Source: Octopus vulgaris (Eukaryota). Taken from it: a stretch of 64,000 nt of DNA. A program made the translations under genes and the position numbers. This document shows, in pieces, positions 41,415-53,545 of the stretch. Every line of letters starts with the position of its first letter. Position 1 is the stretch's first letter. The stretch is taken from the NCBI GenBank assembly GCA_951406725.2, contig OX597833.1, forward strand, positions 15,500,001 through 15,564,000, written 5' to 3'. Under the pieces are notes generated by a model. The model did not search any database and was not told the DNA's origin. It saw only the letters and a program-made list of their open reading frames with translations.

Positions 41415-41564
41415 ATCTAACATTTTTAACATAGATCCTGTCAGTATTACTATTGGTGTGGATTATAGCAGTCGTTTTTACTAACTTTCCGGTTCTAATA
41501 TCCATGTGGTAGATTTCGTTAGGTGACCAGTAGAGTCTCGCAAAAGTCTGTAACCGCAAAGACA
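41415..41564 (-). CDS. Weak candidate exon (150 nt, phase 1/1), SLRLQTFARLYWSPNEIYHMDIRTGKLVKTTAIIHTNSNTDRIYVKNVR
   Basis: Minus-strand acceptor ctcgttctttgcag|, donor agat|gtaagc, open frame; no homology evidence. Confidence 0.3.
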
Positions 41565-41721
41565 CTGCAAAGAACGAGATGTGTTTTTACTGACAGCAGA
41601 AATTTTTGACTTTCTACCTTCTGATATTTCCTGAATTATATATATATATGTGTGTGTGTGTGTGTGATTGTATATATATATATATATATGCGAGAGGTAT
41701 AAACAGTAGCTGCACGGCATC

Positions 41722-42078
41722 GTGAAGTATATTTGCTACTTAAATGTGGCTAACCCATAAGGGTGGACGCTACTCTAGCTTGTAGCCCCATGAGGACACC
41801 TCCTCTAGGTGGTTATTGACACACTTTCTGTGCCCTATCAGTATTTTCATCGACAATAGCTGATTGTCACATGCTGATGACGGGTCAATACCCAGAGACT
41901 CGAGTCCATGTGTATCATACAGGTTGAAGAGGGGAAGGATGGCTTCCCTTTGCAAATACTAGATGGGCACAGAAAGTGTGTCAATAGCCAGCTAGAGGAG
42001 GTGTCTTCCTGGAGCTACAAGCTACAGTAGCATCCACCCTTAGGGGTTAGCCACATTTAAGTGGCAAATATACTTCAC
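41722..42078. repeat. ~125-bp inverted repeat (41722-41847 / 41954-42078) enclosing a hammerhead motif
   Basis: gtgaagtatatttgctacttaaatgtggctaaccc vs gggttagccacatttaagtggcaaatatacttcac. Confidence 0.88.
41868..41912 (+). ncRNA. Type I hammerhead motif (family H5)
   Basis: cacatg-CTGATGA-c-GGGT caat ACCC-a-GAGAC-tcga-GTC-catgtg: 6-bp stem I, 4-bp stem II, GUC site; core GAAA reads GAGA. Confidence 0.7.
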
Positions 42079-42105
42079 AAATATACTATATATATATATA
42101 TATAT

Positions 42106-42309
42106 ACTCTTTTACTCATTTACTTGTTTCAGTCATTTGACTGTGGCCATGCTGGAGCACTGCCTTTAGTCGAGTAAATTGACCCCAGAACTTATTCTTT
42201 GTAAACCTAGTACTTATTCTATCGGTCTCTTTGCCGAAGTTAAGTTACGGGGACCTAAACACACCAGCATCGGTTGTCAAGCGATGTTGGGGGGACAAAC
42301 ACAGACACA

Positions 42310-42355
<46 letters not shown>

Positions 42356-42381
42356 TTCTCTCTCTCTCTCTCTCTCTCTTT

Positions 42382-42419
<38 letters not shown>

Positions 42420-42585
42420 TACGACGGGCTTCTTTCAGTTTCCGTCAACCAAATCCGCTCACAAGGCTTTGGTCGGCCCGAGGCTATAGTAGAAGACACA
42501 TGGCCAAGCGGCCACACAGTGGGAATGAACCCAGAACCATGTGGTTGGTAAGCAAGCTACTTACCACACAGGCACTCCTGCGCCT
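42106..42585 (-). mobile_element. SINE family A, full length
   Basis: Family A similarity end to end. Confidence 0.9.
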
Positions 42586-43219
42586 AAAAAAGAAATGGTG
42601 CCTATAATATGGTGCCGATTCTTGTGTAAATCCTTTACATTTCCTTAACAGGCCTGAAAAGGAGTCCACCGTTAAGGCAAAAATCATTATAAATTAGCTC
42701 TAGCACCAAATATTCCCTCTTGATAATCTAATTCTGTGTGTAACTGTAGTTTTATCTTCGGGTACTATCAATACTTCAGTCGTAAATTTTGTTCTCAGTC
42801 CTTTAATGGCATACAATTAAACATTTGAAACAACGACAAAACCAGGTGGCTTTAGTATCAAAACGAATAGGAATTTAGTCAGGCGCCTACTTATTTATTT
42901 CATCATATTTTCAGATCGTTGCCGTGCAGCTGCTTGCTTCATTTCCTTAAGGAGAAACATTTGAGGAGAGACAATTCACTAAACCCTCAGATATCTTTCT
43001 TTGTCCGTAATTACACATTGGTCATTATAACGTCTTTCTCACACTGATTCCGGACGCGGGGATGTGTTAGCCTGTGTTTAAATTGTACATTATATCCAAG
43101 AAAACTATGAACCAATAGTTTCTGTTACGTCTCCGAGATTCAGTTTATTATTGTCGAACGTGAAGCAGCAAAACAATGTGATAGATCGAATCCATCATTC
43201 AGTGTTCTTTTGAACATGA

Positions 43220-43632
43220 ACCTATTTTCTTTACTACCCACAGGGGGCTAAACTCAGGGAGGACAAACAAGGACAGACAAACGGATTAAGTCGATTATAT
43301 CGACGCCAGTGCGTAACTGGTACTTAATTGATCGACTCCGAAAGGATGAAAGGCAAAGTCGACCTCTGCGGAATTTGAACTCAGAACGTAACGGCAGACG
43401 AAATACCTATTTCTTTACTACCCACAAGGGCTAAACACAGAGAGGACAAACAAGGACAGACAAACGGATTAAATCGATTATATCGACCCCAGTGCGTAAC
43501 TGGTACTTAATTGATCGACTCCGAAAGGATGAAAGGCAAAGTCGACCTCGGCGGAATTTGAACTCAGAACGTAACGGCAGACGAAATACCGCTAAGCATT
43601 TCGCCCGGCGTTTCTGCCAGTTCGCCGCCTTA
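43220..43632 (-). mobile_element. SINE family C dimer
   Basis: Two units and one head. Confidence 0.9.
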
Positions 43633-43762
43633 AACCTGATACCATGACAAGCTTTACTCTACAGAACATGGCCTTTCTCTACAAGTAACCGACTTCGAAA
43701 AACATTTGCCTCATACACACTCCGGAGCTTGAACTACGTAATATTGCATTTATGTCATTTGT

Positions 43763-44075
43763 TTTTTCAAAATAGTTTCGTCGCTTTGAGACAGCGACCT
43801 GTTCACTGACAAAACTACGTGTTGCATCGTGGAAGGTGTTTATAAGCCATTTAAGTAACATACATCTCGTGATGCATCACGGAGTTTTGTCAATGAACAG
43901 GTCACGGTCTCAAAGCGACGAAAATATTTTGAGAAATTAGATTTAAATGTCGAGGTGAATCTAACGGTTTTTGTGTGTTCCTTAAATGGCTTATAATCAC
44001 CTTCCACGCTGCAATTGTTTTCGTTCCAGCACACGATCTCAGATCAGGTCACTTGCCATGCAAGTACATCTCCGT
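43763..44075. repeat. Second copy of the 6-kb fold-back family, with short inverted segments
   Basis: 43886-44073 matches 6148-6327; 43763-43820 is an inverted partial copy. Confidence 0.8.
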
Positions 44076-44457
44076 CATTTGTTTGAATTCCGGATAATTT
44101 CTCCAAGATGACATTTTACCATTTTAAGTTTGGGATTTTACTATCTTGATGATATGAATATTTATAGGGCATATATTGTCTGTAGTTTAAGTGCAGACCC
44201 GTGGTTGGGGGTTTAGATGTTGTTTCAGTATATTTATGATAATGAAGTTTTTCGCTTAATTCTCAGAGTTCGTGTTTAAGAATAATTCCCTAACAGATTG
44301 ACATCTCTTGTTGACGGGTCTGTAGCATGGGCATATTGCATTATACATTGTAATTGCTTATTATATAGACTGATAGCCGATTCCGAATAGGAAGCTTACT
44401 GTGACAGCCACATGATTTCATGAATGCACGTTTTGTACTATTCATATATACATACAT

Positions 44458-44534
<77 letters not shown>

Positions 44535-44767
44535 ATTAACTTCTAATATAGGATAATTAAAAAAAATTTTTTTCATATGTCCAGCTTCTTAAGATACCTT
44601 CTAAGGTGAAAATTATAAACAATTATAAATAAGGGCAAAAAAAAAAAAAAGATTTTATGCCAGTTCACTGAGAAACACTCTTTAAATTGTCAATCACCAC
44701 ATACAATATACAAATCGTGTTGACCCGAGGAAAGCAAGCTAACAGAATTTTTTTTTTAATTCATTAG

Positions 44768-44825
44768 CTCTGTATCGAATGATTTCGGGATTAATCCAAC
44801 GGATTTTTCCCACTCATCAGCAGAG
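44768..44825 (-). ncRNA. Type I hammerhead ribozyme motif, core intact (family H6)
   Basis: ctctg-CTGATGA-gt-GGGA aaaatcc gtt ggatt aa TCCC-GAAA-tc attc ga-TA-cagag: 5-bp stem I, 3-bp stem III, AUA site. Confidence 0.8.
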
Positions 44826-44932
44826 AATATTATAAGAAATACATGAAATACTTATGTGTACACATGACTTTACTTTTGCTTCTGCTTTTTCCATGGGTTC
44901 TTGTAAGTATTTCATTTATTTGTTATCATATT

Positions 44933-44989
44933 CTCTGCTGATGAGTGGAAAAATCCGTTTGATTAATCCCGAAATCATTCGATACGGAG
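44933..44989 (+). ncRNA. Type I hammerhead motif (family H6)
   Basis: ctctg-CTGATGA-gtggaaaaatccgtttgattaatccc-GAAA-tcattcga-TA-cggag. Confidence 0.7.
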
Positions 44990-45764
44990 ATAATGAATTA
45001 AAAAAAAATTCTGTTGCTTGCTTTCCTCGACTCAACACGATGTGTATTTATACTAATGAATATATTTTATGTGGTGATTGACGATTTAAAACTCATAATG
45101 GTATGAGATTTTTTTTCTTTTGCCCAGCTTGCCAATGTTTCTGGGTTCAGTCCCACTGCGTGGCATCTTGGGCCAGTGTCTTCTACTATAGCCTCGGGTC
45201 AACCAAAGCCTTGTGAGTAGATTTGGTAGACGGAAACTGAAAGAAGCCCGTCGTATATATGTATATATATATATGTGTGTGCGTATGTTTGTGTCTGTGT
45301 TTGTCCCCCTAGCATTGCTTGACAACCGATGCTGGTGTGTTTATGTCTCCCTCACTTAGCGGTTCGGCAAAAGAGGCCGATAGAATAAGTACAAGGCTTA
45401 CAAAGAATAAGTCCTGTGGTCGATTTGCTCGACTAAAGGCGGTGCTCCAGCATGGCCACAGTCAAATGACTGAAGCAATTAAAAGAGTAGAAGAGTAATT
45501 TTCACCTTAAAAGGTATTTTAATATCTGGCCTCTTGATGAAATTTTTTGAAAATATGTTATCCTATATTAGAAGTAAATTATTGCCCTTCACTTCGGGAC
45601 TGCTGACCACTCTAAGTTGTTTTTTTCTGACTGATTACGCATGTGTTGAGCCTTGCTACAGAATTTATATTTAGATATATCTGGGGTACTTAAGTGTACA
45701 AATGACTTCTGCTTCTGCTTTTTCCATGGTTCTTGAAAGTATTTAATTTATTTTTTATCAGATT

Positions 45765-45821
45765 CTCTGCTGATGAGTGGGAAAATCTGTTGGGTTAATC
45801 CCGAAATGATTCGATACAGAG
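45765..45821 (+). ncRNA. Type I hammerhead motif (family H6), stem III C>G change
   Basis: ctctg-CTGATGA-gtgggaaaatctgttgggttaatccc-GAAA-tgattcga-TA-cagag. Confidence 0.65.
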
Positions 45822-45911
45822 ATAATGAATTTTTAAAACAAATTCTATTAGCTTGCTTTCTTCGAGTCAGCACGTGTATTTATAGTGATGTGTAGTGTAT
45901 GTGTGATCTTC

Positions 45912-46298
45912 GTGGAGGCGCAATGGCCCAGTGGTTAGGGCAGCAGACTCGCGGTCGTAGGATCGCGGTTTCGATTCCCAGACCGGGCGTTGTGAGTGTT
46001 TATTGAGCGAAAACACCTAAAAGCTCCACGAGGCTCCGGCAGGGGATGGTGGTGATCCCTGCTGTACTCTTTTACCACAACTTTCTCTCACTCTTACTTC
46101 CTGTTTCTGTTGTACCTGTATTTCAAGGGACCGGCCTTGTCACTCTCTGTGTCACGCTGAATATCCCCGAGAACTACGGTAAGGGTACACGTGTCTGTGG
46201 AGTGCTCAGCCACTTACACGTTAATATTTCACGAGCAGGCTGTTCCGTTGATTCGGATCAACCGGAACCCTCATCGTCGTAACCGACGGAGTGCTTCC
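45912..46298 (+). mobile_element. SINE family B, tail type i
   Basis: TSD atgtgtgat(c/a)ttc. Confidence 0.92.
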
Positions 46299-46620
46299 AC
46301 ATGTGTGATATTCATGTATATGAAACGCATCGTGTCATTGTTTGTTTTTATAGAGTTTCTTAGAGAATAATAACATACAACTGTCAAACGAGGATACATT
46401 ATGAAATATTTCGGTATTCTACACAGTCATAACGATGTAATTTACTTTTTCAGCTGCACGAAATTTATATGCCTTGAGCGCAGCAGAGGACTTTTACTAA
46501 ATGGAAGTATACTGTGCGTATTTGTGTATACGAGAACTGAAGAACAAAATCATTGTATCATATAACAAAACAGTTCGGAAATCAATTTGGTATTTGTATT
46601 ATATTATTTATACATCTTGA

Positions 46621-47976
46621 TATAAAAATATCTTTAGGAGAGAATAGGTGAATCAGAACTGATGCATACTCTTTACTCTTAACTCTTTTACTTGTTTCAG
46701 TCATTTGACTGCGGCCATGCTGCAGCACCGCCTTTAGTCGAGAAAATCGACCCCGGGACTAATTTTTTGTAAGCCCAGTACTTATTCTATCGGTCTTTTT
46801 TGCCGCACCACTAAGTGACGGGGACGTAAACACACCAGCATCGGTTGTCAAGCAATGCTAGGGAGACAAACACAGACACACAAACACACACACGCATACA
46901 TATATACATATATACGACGGGCTTCTTTCAGTTTCCGTCTACCAAATCCACTCACAAGGCTTTGGTCGGCCCGAGGCTATAGTAAAAGACACTTGCCCAA
47001 GATGCCAGGCAGTGGGACTGAACCTGGAACCATGTGGTTGGTAAACAAGCTACTTACCACACAGCCACTCCTACGCCTATAAAAATATCTTTAGGAGAGA
47101 ATAGGTGAATCCCAACTGATGCATACTCTTTACTCTTTACTCTTTTACTTGTTTCAGTCATTTGACTGAGGCCATGCTGCAGCACCGTCTTTAGTCGAGC
47201 AAATCGACCCCAGGACTTATTCTTTGTAAGCCTAGTACTTATTTTATCGGACACTTTTTGCCGAACCGCTAAGTGACGGGGACATAAACACACCAGCATC
47301 GGTTGTCAAGCAATGCTAGGGGGGCCAAACACAGACACACAAACATATACACGCATATATATATACGACGGGCTTCTTTCAGTTTCCGTTTACCAAATCC
47401 ACTCACAAGGCTTTGGTCGGCCCAAGGCTATAGTAGAAGTCATTTGCCCAAGGTGCCACGCAGTGGGACTGAACCGGAACCATGTGGTTGGTAAACAAGC
47501 TACTTACCACACAGCCACTCCTACGCCTATAAAAATATCTTTAGGAGAGAATAGGTGAATCCCAACTGATGTATACTCTTTACTCTTTTTCTTGTTTCAG
47601 TCATTTGACTGCGGCCATGCTGCAGCACCGCCTTTAGTCGAGCAAATCGACCCCGGGACTTACTCTTTGTAAGCCCGGTACTTATTCTATCGGTCTTTTT
47701 TGCCGAACCGCTAAGTGACGGGGACGTAAACACACCAGCATCGGTTGTCAAGCAATGCTAGGAGGACAAACACAGACACACAAACACATACGCACACATA
47801 TACATATATATACATATATACGACAGGCTTCTTTCAGTTTCCGTCTACCAAATCCACTCACAAGGCTTTGGTCGGCCCGAGGCTATAATAGAAGACAATT
47901 ACCCAATGTGCCACGCAGTGGGCCTGAACCCGGAACCACGTGGTTCGTAAGCAAGCTACTTACCACACAGCCACTG
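46621..47976 (-). repeat. Three tandem SINE A copies, each with the same ~45-bp spacer (period ~450 bp)
   Basis: tataaaaatatctttaggagagaataggtgaatc at 46621, 47078 and 47528, each followed by a family A copy. Confidence 0.92.
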
Positions 47977-48179
47977 TCATTATGACAGCATTTATTGTTA
48001 TATATTAATAGATGCACGATCAGGAATGCATTGGTCTAATCACGATCCAATATTATGCAGGTATCAACTTTTGGCACAAGGCCAAGAATATCCTTTTTCT
48101 ACTCTAGGGACAAGACCCAAAATTTTGAGGGAGGGAGCCAGTCGAGTAGTTCGACCTTAGTCCGTAATTGGTACTTAAT

Positions 48180-48482
48180 TAGTACGTAACTGGTACGAAA
48201 GAATGAAAGGCAAAGTTGACCTCGGCGGAATTTGAACACAGAACGAAAAGACAGACGAAATACCCAAAAGGGGCTAAACGCAGATGGGACAAACAAGGGC
48301 AGACAAACGGATTAAGTCGATTATATCGACCCCAATGCGTAAAATGGTACTTAATTTATCGTCCCTGAAATTACGAAAGGCAAATCGACCTCGGCGGAAT
48401 TTGAACTCAGAACGTAAAGGCAGACGAAACACCGCTAAGCATTTCGCCCGGCGTGCTAACGTTTCTGTCAGCTCGCCACCTT
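48180..48482 (-). mobile_element. SINE family C, diverged
   Basis: Family C motifs with the head at ~48480. Confidence 0.8.
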
Positions 48483-48711
48483 ACAAGGCTAAGAATATCA
48501 AAAAAGTAGGTAAGTCTATGACACCGACTCCAGTGCTCAACTGGTACTTACTTTATCTACCGCAAGAGAATAAAAGGTTAATGGTGATGTTGGCGGAATT
48601 CGAACACAGAACGCAAAGACGAATGAAAAAACCGATAAGCCATTTTGCGCCACGTGGGTACGATTCTATCAGCTTCCCGCCTTGCAATCAACTAATATTC
48701 TTTTATTTTAC

Positions 48712-49105
48712 CACTCTTTTACTTGTTTCAGTCATTTTGACTGCGGCCATGCTGGAGCACCACATTTTAGTCTAGCAAATCGACTTCCAGGACTTCTTCT
48801 CTGTAAGCTTAGTACTTATTCGATCGATCTGTTGTGTCGAACCGCTCTGTTATGGAGACGTAAAGACACCAAATCGGTTGTCAAGTGATGATGGGGGACA
48901 AACACAGATACACACACGCATATATATATACACATATATATACGACGGGATTCTTTCAGTTTCCATCTACCAAATACACTCACAAGGCTTTCGTCAGCTC
49001 GAGGCTGTAGAAGAAGGCATTGGCTCATGGTGCTGTATAGTGGAACTGAACCTGGAACCATGTGGTTGGGAAGCAAGCTTCTTACCACACAGCCGCACTG
49101 CGCCT
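48712..49105 (-). mobile_element. SINE family A, older subfamily
   Basis: Diverged family A similarity. Confidence 0.8.
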
Positions 49106-49199
49106 ATATATTTGTAAATCACGAATAGACACTGAAAGAAAATCTTATCAAAATATATCGTACAGTTGTGGACATACTGGAGAAGTGACTTTGGCTCTG

Positions 49200-49620
49200 T
49201 CATTATCTTAATGCCACAATGGTTCTGGTCTTCAGTACTTTTCGTCTCCCCGTCTTGCTCTATAGATGCGAGATACGGACACTGTTTGGAGGATTAGGAG
49301 CTGCCTGAACTCCTCTTGTACCAGTGTGCTTCTCTTCGCTCTTCGCGGGATTATGGGTTACCATTAGTCAGATTATGTATCCAACCAAAAACAGACATGT
49401 GTTCAGTTACTTGTATGGCTGGGGAGTATCCGGTCAGACTGTTTGGTCATGTTACTCGGGTTTGATCCTACGTGTTCTTTCCCATGAGTATCCGGCTGGA
49501 GTATGCGGCTGGGGTGATGGCTCATGCCGACGTGGATGAAGAAGTGTCTCACAGGTGTGTGTGGGGCTGACAGAGACTCCGCTCCAAGGGTCGCCTGAGA
49601 AAACCCGATCAAGCGCTGAC
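49200..49620 (+). pseudogene. RTE-clade LINE 3' fragment
   Basis: Translates to LPVLLYRCEIRTL...LRGIMGYH*SDYVSN...RLFGHVTR, the RTE C-terminal motif series. Confidence 0.7.
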
Positions 49621-49674
49621 GAATTGCACATGTCCTGTAATGCCCTCTATACCCTCCTGTAATGCCCTGGTATA

Positions 49675-49905
49675 CGGCGGCGAGCTGGCAGAAACGTTAG
49701 CACGCCAGGCGAAATGCTTAGCGGTATTTCGTCTGCGTTACGTTGTGAGTTCAAATACCGCCGAGGTCGACTTTGCCTTTCATCCTTTCGGGGTCGATAA
49801 ATTAAGTACCAGTTACGCACTGGGGTCGATGTAATCGACTTAATACCTATGTCTGTCCTTGTTTGTCCGCTCTGTGTTTAGCCCCTTGTGGGTAATAAAG
49901 AAATA
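49675..49905 (+). mobile_element. SINE family C monomer
   Basis: Head plus one unit; flanked by tgta(a/t)tgccct. Confidence 0.9.
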
Positions 49906-50261
49906 TGTATTGCCCTCTATATATTATTTCCAACAGAAATGCATGAACAATCGTGTTTAATCCTTGATCAGCGCTAATGGAGGAAGACAGTGATCAAATG
50001 TGATCTTGATACAGCCATTTATTTCCTAATCTGAAAAGATGCTGATGACGATAGGGTGTGGTTCGAAATGTAATTTCTTATTACTTCAAGCATCTTGAGA
50101 CAGCAGGGAGATGCTCCTCTCATTTTTTCACCGTAGTGTGCGTAATGTCATGCATCCCCAATAATACGACTTATTAGAGCTATTTCCAGCTTGTTCCTGT
50201 TGTGACAACCTCGTCGTTATTTTCTTGATTGGTGCATGTGCTATTATATTATCTGTTTCTT

Positions 50262-50705
50262 TACAAGGGGCTAAACACAGAGGGAACAAACAAGGACAGA
50301 CATAGGTATTAAGTCGATCACATCGACCCCAGTGCGCAACTGGTACTTGATTTATCGACACCGAAAGGATGAAAGGCAAAGTCGACCTCGGCGGAATTTG
50401 AACTCAGAACGTCATGACAGACGAAATACCGCTAAGCATTTCACCCGGCGTGCTAACGTTTCTGCCAGCTCGCCGCCTTTACTGTTTCTTTACTACCCAC
50501 AAGGGGCTAAACACAGAGGGGACAAACAAGGACAGACAAACGGATTAAGTAGATTACATCGACCCCAGTGTGCAACTGGTACTTAATTTATCGACCCCGA
50601 AAGAATGAAAGGCAAAGTCGACCTCGGCGGAATTTGAACTCAGGACGTAACGGCAGACGAAATACGGCTACGCATTTCGCCCGGCGTGCTGACGCTTCTG
50701 CCGCG
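50262..50705 (-). mobile_element. Two head-to-tail SINE family C copies
   Basis: Family C motifs; both copies retain head sequence. Confidence 0.85.
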
Positions 50706-51050
50706 CAATATTTAAGCTGGATTGTGATTCAATATAACTGGTACTGCTACTTCTTGCAGAATCAAAGCGTACATAATGTATCCAACGCAAGACTTTTAGT
50801 TTAGTTGAAATAACATAAATTAGACGTTAATTTGTTAATTTATGAAGAGTATCACATTTAAGACAAAACACAGTTTCTATAACTCAATTAACAGCACAGA
50901 TTTTAGTCAATACAGCTGCAGAAACAGCTGGAGTTGATAACACACCTGACAGACGAATAAATTATTCATATTTGGCATGATTCCATTGTCATATAATTGC
51001 ATGTGTTGGTAATATTTATGCTGAACAGCTATTTTTTCTACCAATTCATA

Positions 51051-51563
51051 TCTATATATATAAAGCTGTAGTTGTGTGAGTGTCTGTCCCCTTCGATTTA
51101 GATTCCTAACTAATCCCACATTTTGCGGTGCAGTTTAACCAAAACCGGGTATCTAATAGTCGTGATTCATATCAAGCCCGTCTGAGTATTAGCGCGCGTC
51201 TACCATGAGTCTACGATTTTAAAAATAATTTAACATCATTTTTTATTCCATTTTAATGCATATTTTTTCGCGTGTCGATGGCGGCGGAGTTGGCGTCCAT
51301 GGTCACAGCTGCACCTGTTTGCTTCTCCCCCTTCTTCCCTCCCTCGTGAAGCTGTGGGGAAGGGAGTGTAAGGAAATCAACGTCGTAAAGCGTTGTCAAG
51401 GAGACCAGCGTTCTTTTAGAACAACGACTTCATGGCTTGAAGACACCAAAACAGAAATGGCTAAGAAAGCCCGAATTGGCATCTATAAGGGAAGTAACTC
51501 TCTAAAAATGCTTATATAGTTATTTCCCTTACAAACCCGAGCAACGCCGGGCGATACTGCTAG
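51051..51563 (+). mobile_element. Non-autonomous Helitron-like element with an extra GC-rich module
   Basis: A|TC start, hairpin cccgagcaacgccggg, CTAG|T end, no TSD. Confidence 0.8.
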
Positions 51564-52478
51564 TGTTTAATAAAATTCTTTTCTACTCTAAATACAAGGC
51601 TCGAAATTTTGGAAGAGAAGCCCAGTCGATTGCATCGACTCCAGTACGCAATTAGTATTTAATTTATCGACCCCGAGAGGATGAAAAGCAAAGTCGACCT
51701 CAGTGAAATTTGAACTCAGAACCTAAAGACAGACGAATTATAGTAAATGTTTAATAATATCCATACGTGATACATATAGGCAGCTTTATCAGAAGCAGCG
51801 CAGCAAATATAGATTAATAATTTCTACGGACGTAGTGGAGCCTTCGAATTTAACCTTTAGCTTTATATGTGTTGCAGTCATTGGACCGTAGCCATGCTGG
51901 GGCGTATCATTGAAAGTTTAATTCGGACAAATCCACCCGAGTACTTATGTATATTTTTTAAAGTAGGGTACTTACTTTATCTGATCATTTGCTGAACCAT
52001 TGTGTTATCGGGATGAAAGAAAACCCCAAATACTTGTGAAACGATGGAGGGCAGAAACACACACAACCCCCCCCCCACACACACACACAAACACACCCTT
52101 AAAAACACACATAGACGCACATGCACACGTACACAGACGTATACACACACACATACAAACGCGCACGTTCGCGCAAGCAGACAGGCACATGAACACATGC
52201 ACACTCACACACACAAACAGACACATACACACATATTAGTGACGGGTTTCCTGTCTGTTTACATTTATCAATTTCGCTCACCAGGCTTTGGTAGGCCCGA
52301 AATTATAGTACATTACGATTACCCAAAATGGCTGCGACTAAAATCGTCAGCACGCAGCCATGTTTGCGCAGATATTTACCGAGAATTATTGCGGTTTCAT
52401 AACAATTAAGTCTTATTTACTTAAAAGAAAAAGAGCTAAACAACTCTCCAATGATTTATTAATCGCATATCACAATAC

Positions 52479-52820
52479 AGTGAAGGTGCATCGCTCAGTG
52501 GTTAGAGCGTCGAGCTTACGATCGTGAGGTTGTAAGTTCGAATCCCGGACCGGGCTGCGTGCTGTATTTTTGAGCAAGACACTTTATTTCACGTTGCTCC
52601 AGTTCACTCAGCTGTAGAAATGAGTTGCGACGTCACAGGTGCCAAGCTGTATCGGCCCCTTTGCCTTTCCCTTGGATAACACTGGTGGCATGGAGAGGGA
52701 AGGCCGGTATGCATGGGCCGGTATGCTGGTCTTCCATAAACAACCTTGCCTGGACTTGTGCCTGGGAGGGTAACTTTCTAGGTGCAATCCCATGGTCTGT
52801 GTCGTGAACGAAGGGGTCTC
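52479..52820 (+). mobile_element. tRNA-derived CORE-like SINE
   Basis: gctcagtggttagagc (A box), gttcgaatccc (B box), ttgagcaagacactttatttc core-like segment. Confidence 0.8.
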
Positions 52821-52913
52821 AGATCAATACATAGGATGAACTCTCTTTCTCTGCATGTAAATTGCAATAAGCTATCATCTTTGTTTACAGAGGTTTTACG
52901 GATTCATAACTAG

Positions 52914-53322
52914 TAGCGCAGGAGTGGCTGTGTGGTAAGTAGCTTGCTTACCAACCACATGGTTCCGGGTTCAGTCCCACTGCGTGGCACCTTGGGCAAG
53001 TGTCTTCTACTATAGCCTCGGGCCGACCAAAGCCTTGTGAGTGGATTTGGTAGATGGAAACTGAAAGAAGCCCGTCGTATATATGTATATATATATATAT
53101 ATGTGCGTGTGTGTTTGTGTGTCTATTTTTGTCCCCCTAGCATTGCTTGACAACCGATGCTGGTGTGTTTATGTCCCCGTCACATAGCGGTTCGGCAAAA
53201 GAGACCGATAGAATAAGTACTGGGCTTACAAAGAATAAGTCCCGGGGTCGAGTTGCTCGATTAACGGTGGTGCTCCAGCATGGCCGCAGTCAAATGACTG
53301 AAATAAGTAAAAGAAAGAGAGT
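52914..53322 (+). mobile_element. SINE family A, full length
   Basis: Family A similarity end to end. Confidence 0.92.
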
Positions 53323-53545
53323 AGTAACTGAATTAAGTTTTTAACTTCAACTGTCATATTTATGACTATTTTAAGCAATGATGTTTATTATTACTTTAGT
53401 ATGATGTCACGAAGAAAATTCACCTCCTTGATTTCCTTATACTCTATCTAGAATTATTTAGTTTTGGCGAGGATTAATAATCGGTTGTCCTTAAAGAATC
53501 ATCGAGTTGTTCTATTTATATGTTGTGATTACTGTTCTATATGTA

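Larger units (their letters stand above)
44535..45900. mobile_element. PLE-type structure: inverted copy plus partial tandem of an HHR-bearing repeat (family H6), interrupted by SINE A at 45140-45497
   Basis: 44535-44852 is inverted relative to ~44900-45585; 44855-45060 is repeated directly at ~45695-45890. Confidence 0.8.

Noticed and set aside
42915-43050. Plus-strand exon after a good acceptor (similar cases at 17379, 20242, 38335, 46454)
   Set aside because: Early stops or no convincing donor; such acceptors are common by chance in AT-rich DNA.
46621-47580. CRISPR-like regularly spaced 45-bp repeats
   Set aside because: The intervening sequences are ~400-bp homologous SINE copies, not unique spacers; eukaryotic context and no cas genes.
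50100-50255. LINE apurinic endonuclease fragment (NIIAHAP...IIGD on minus)
   Set aside because: Two short motif echoes in different frames are too weak to call.
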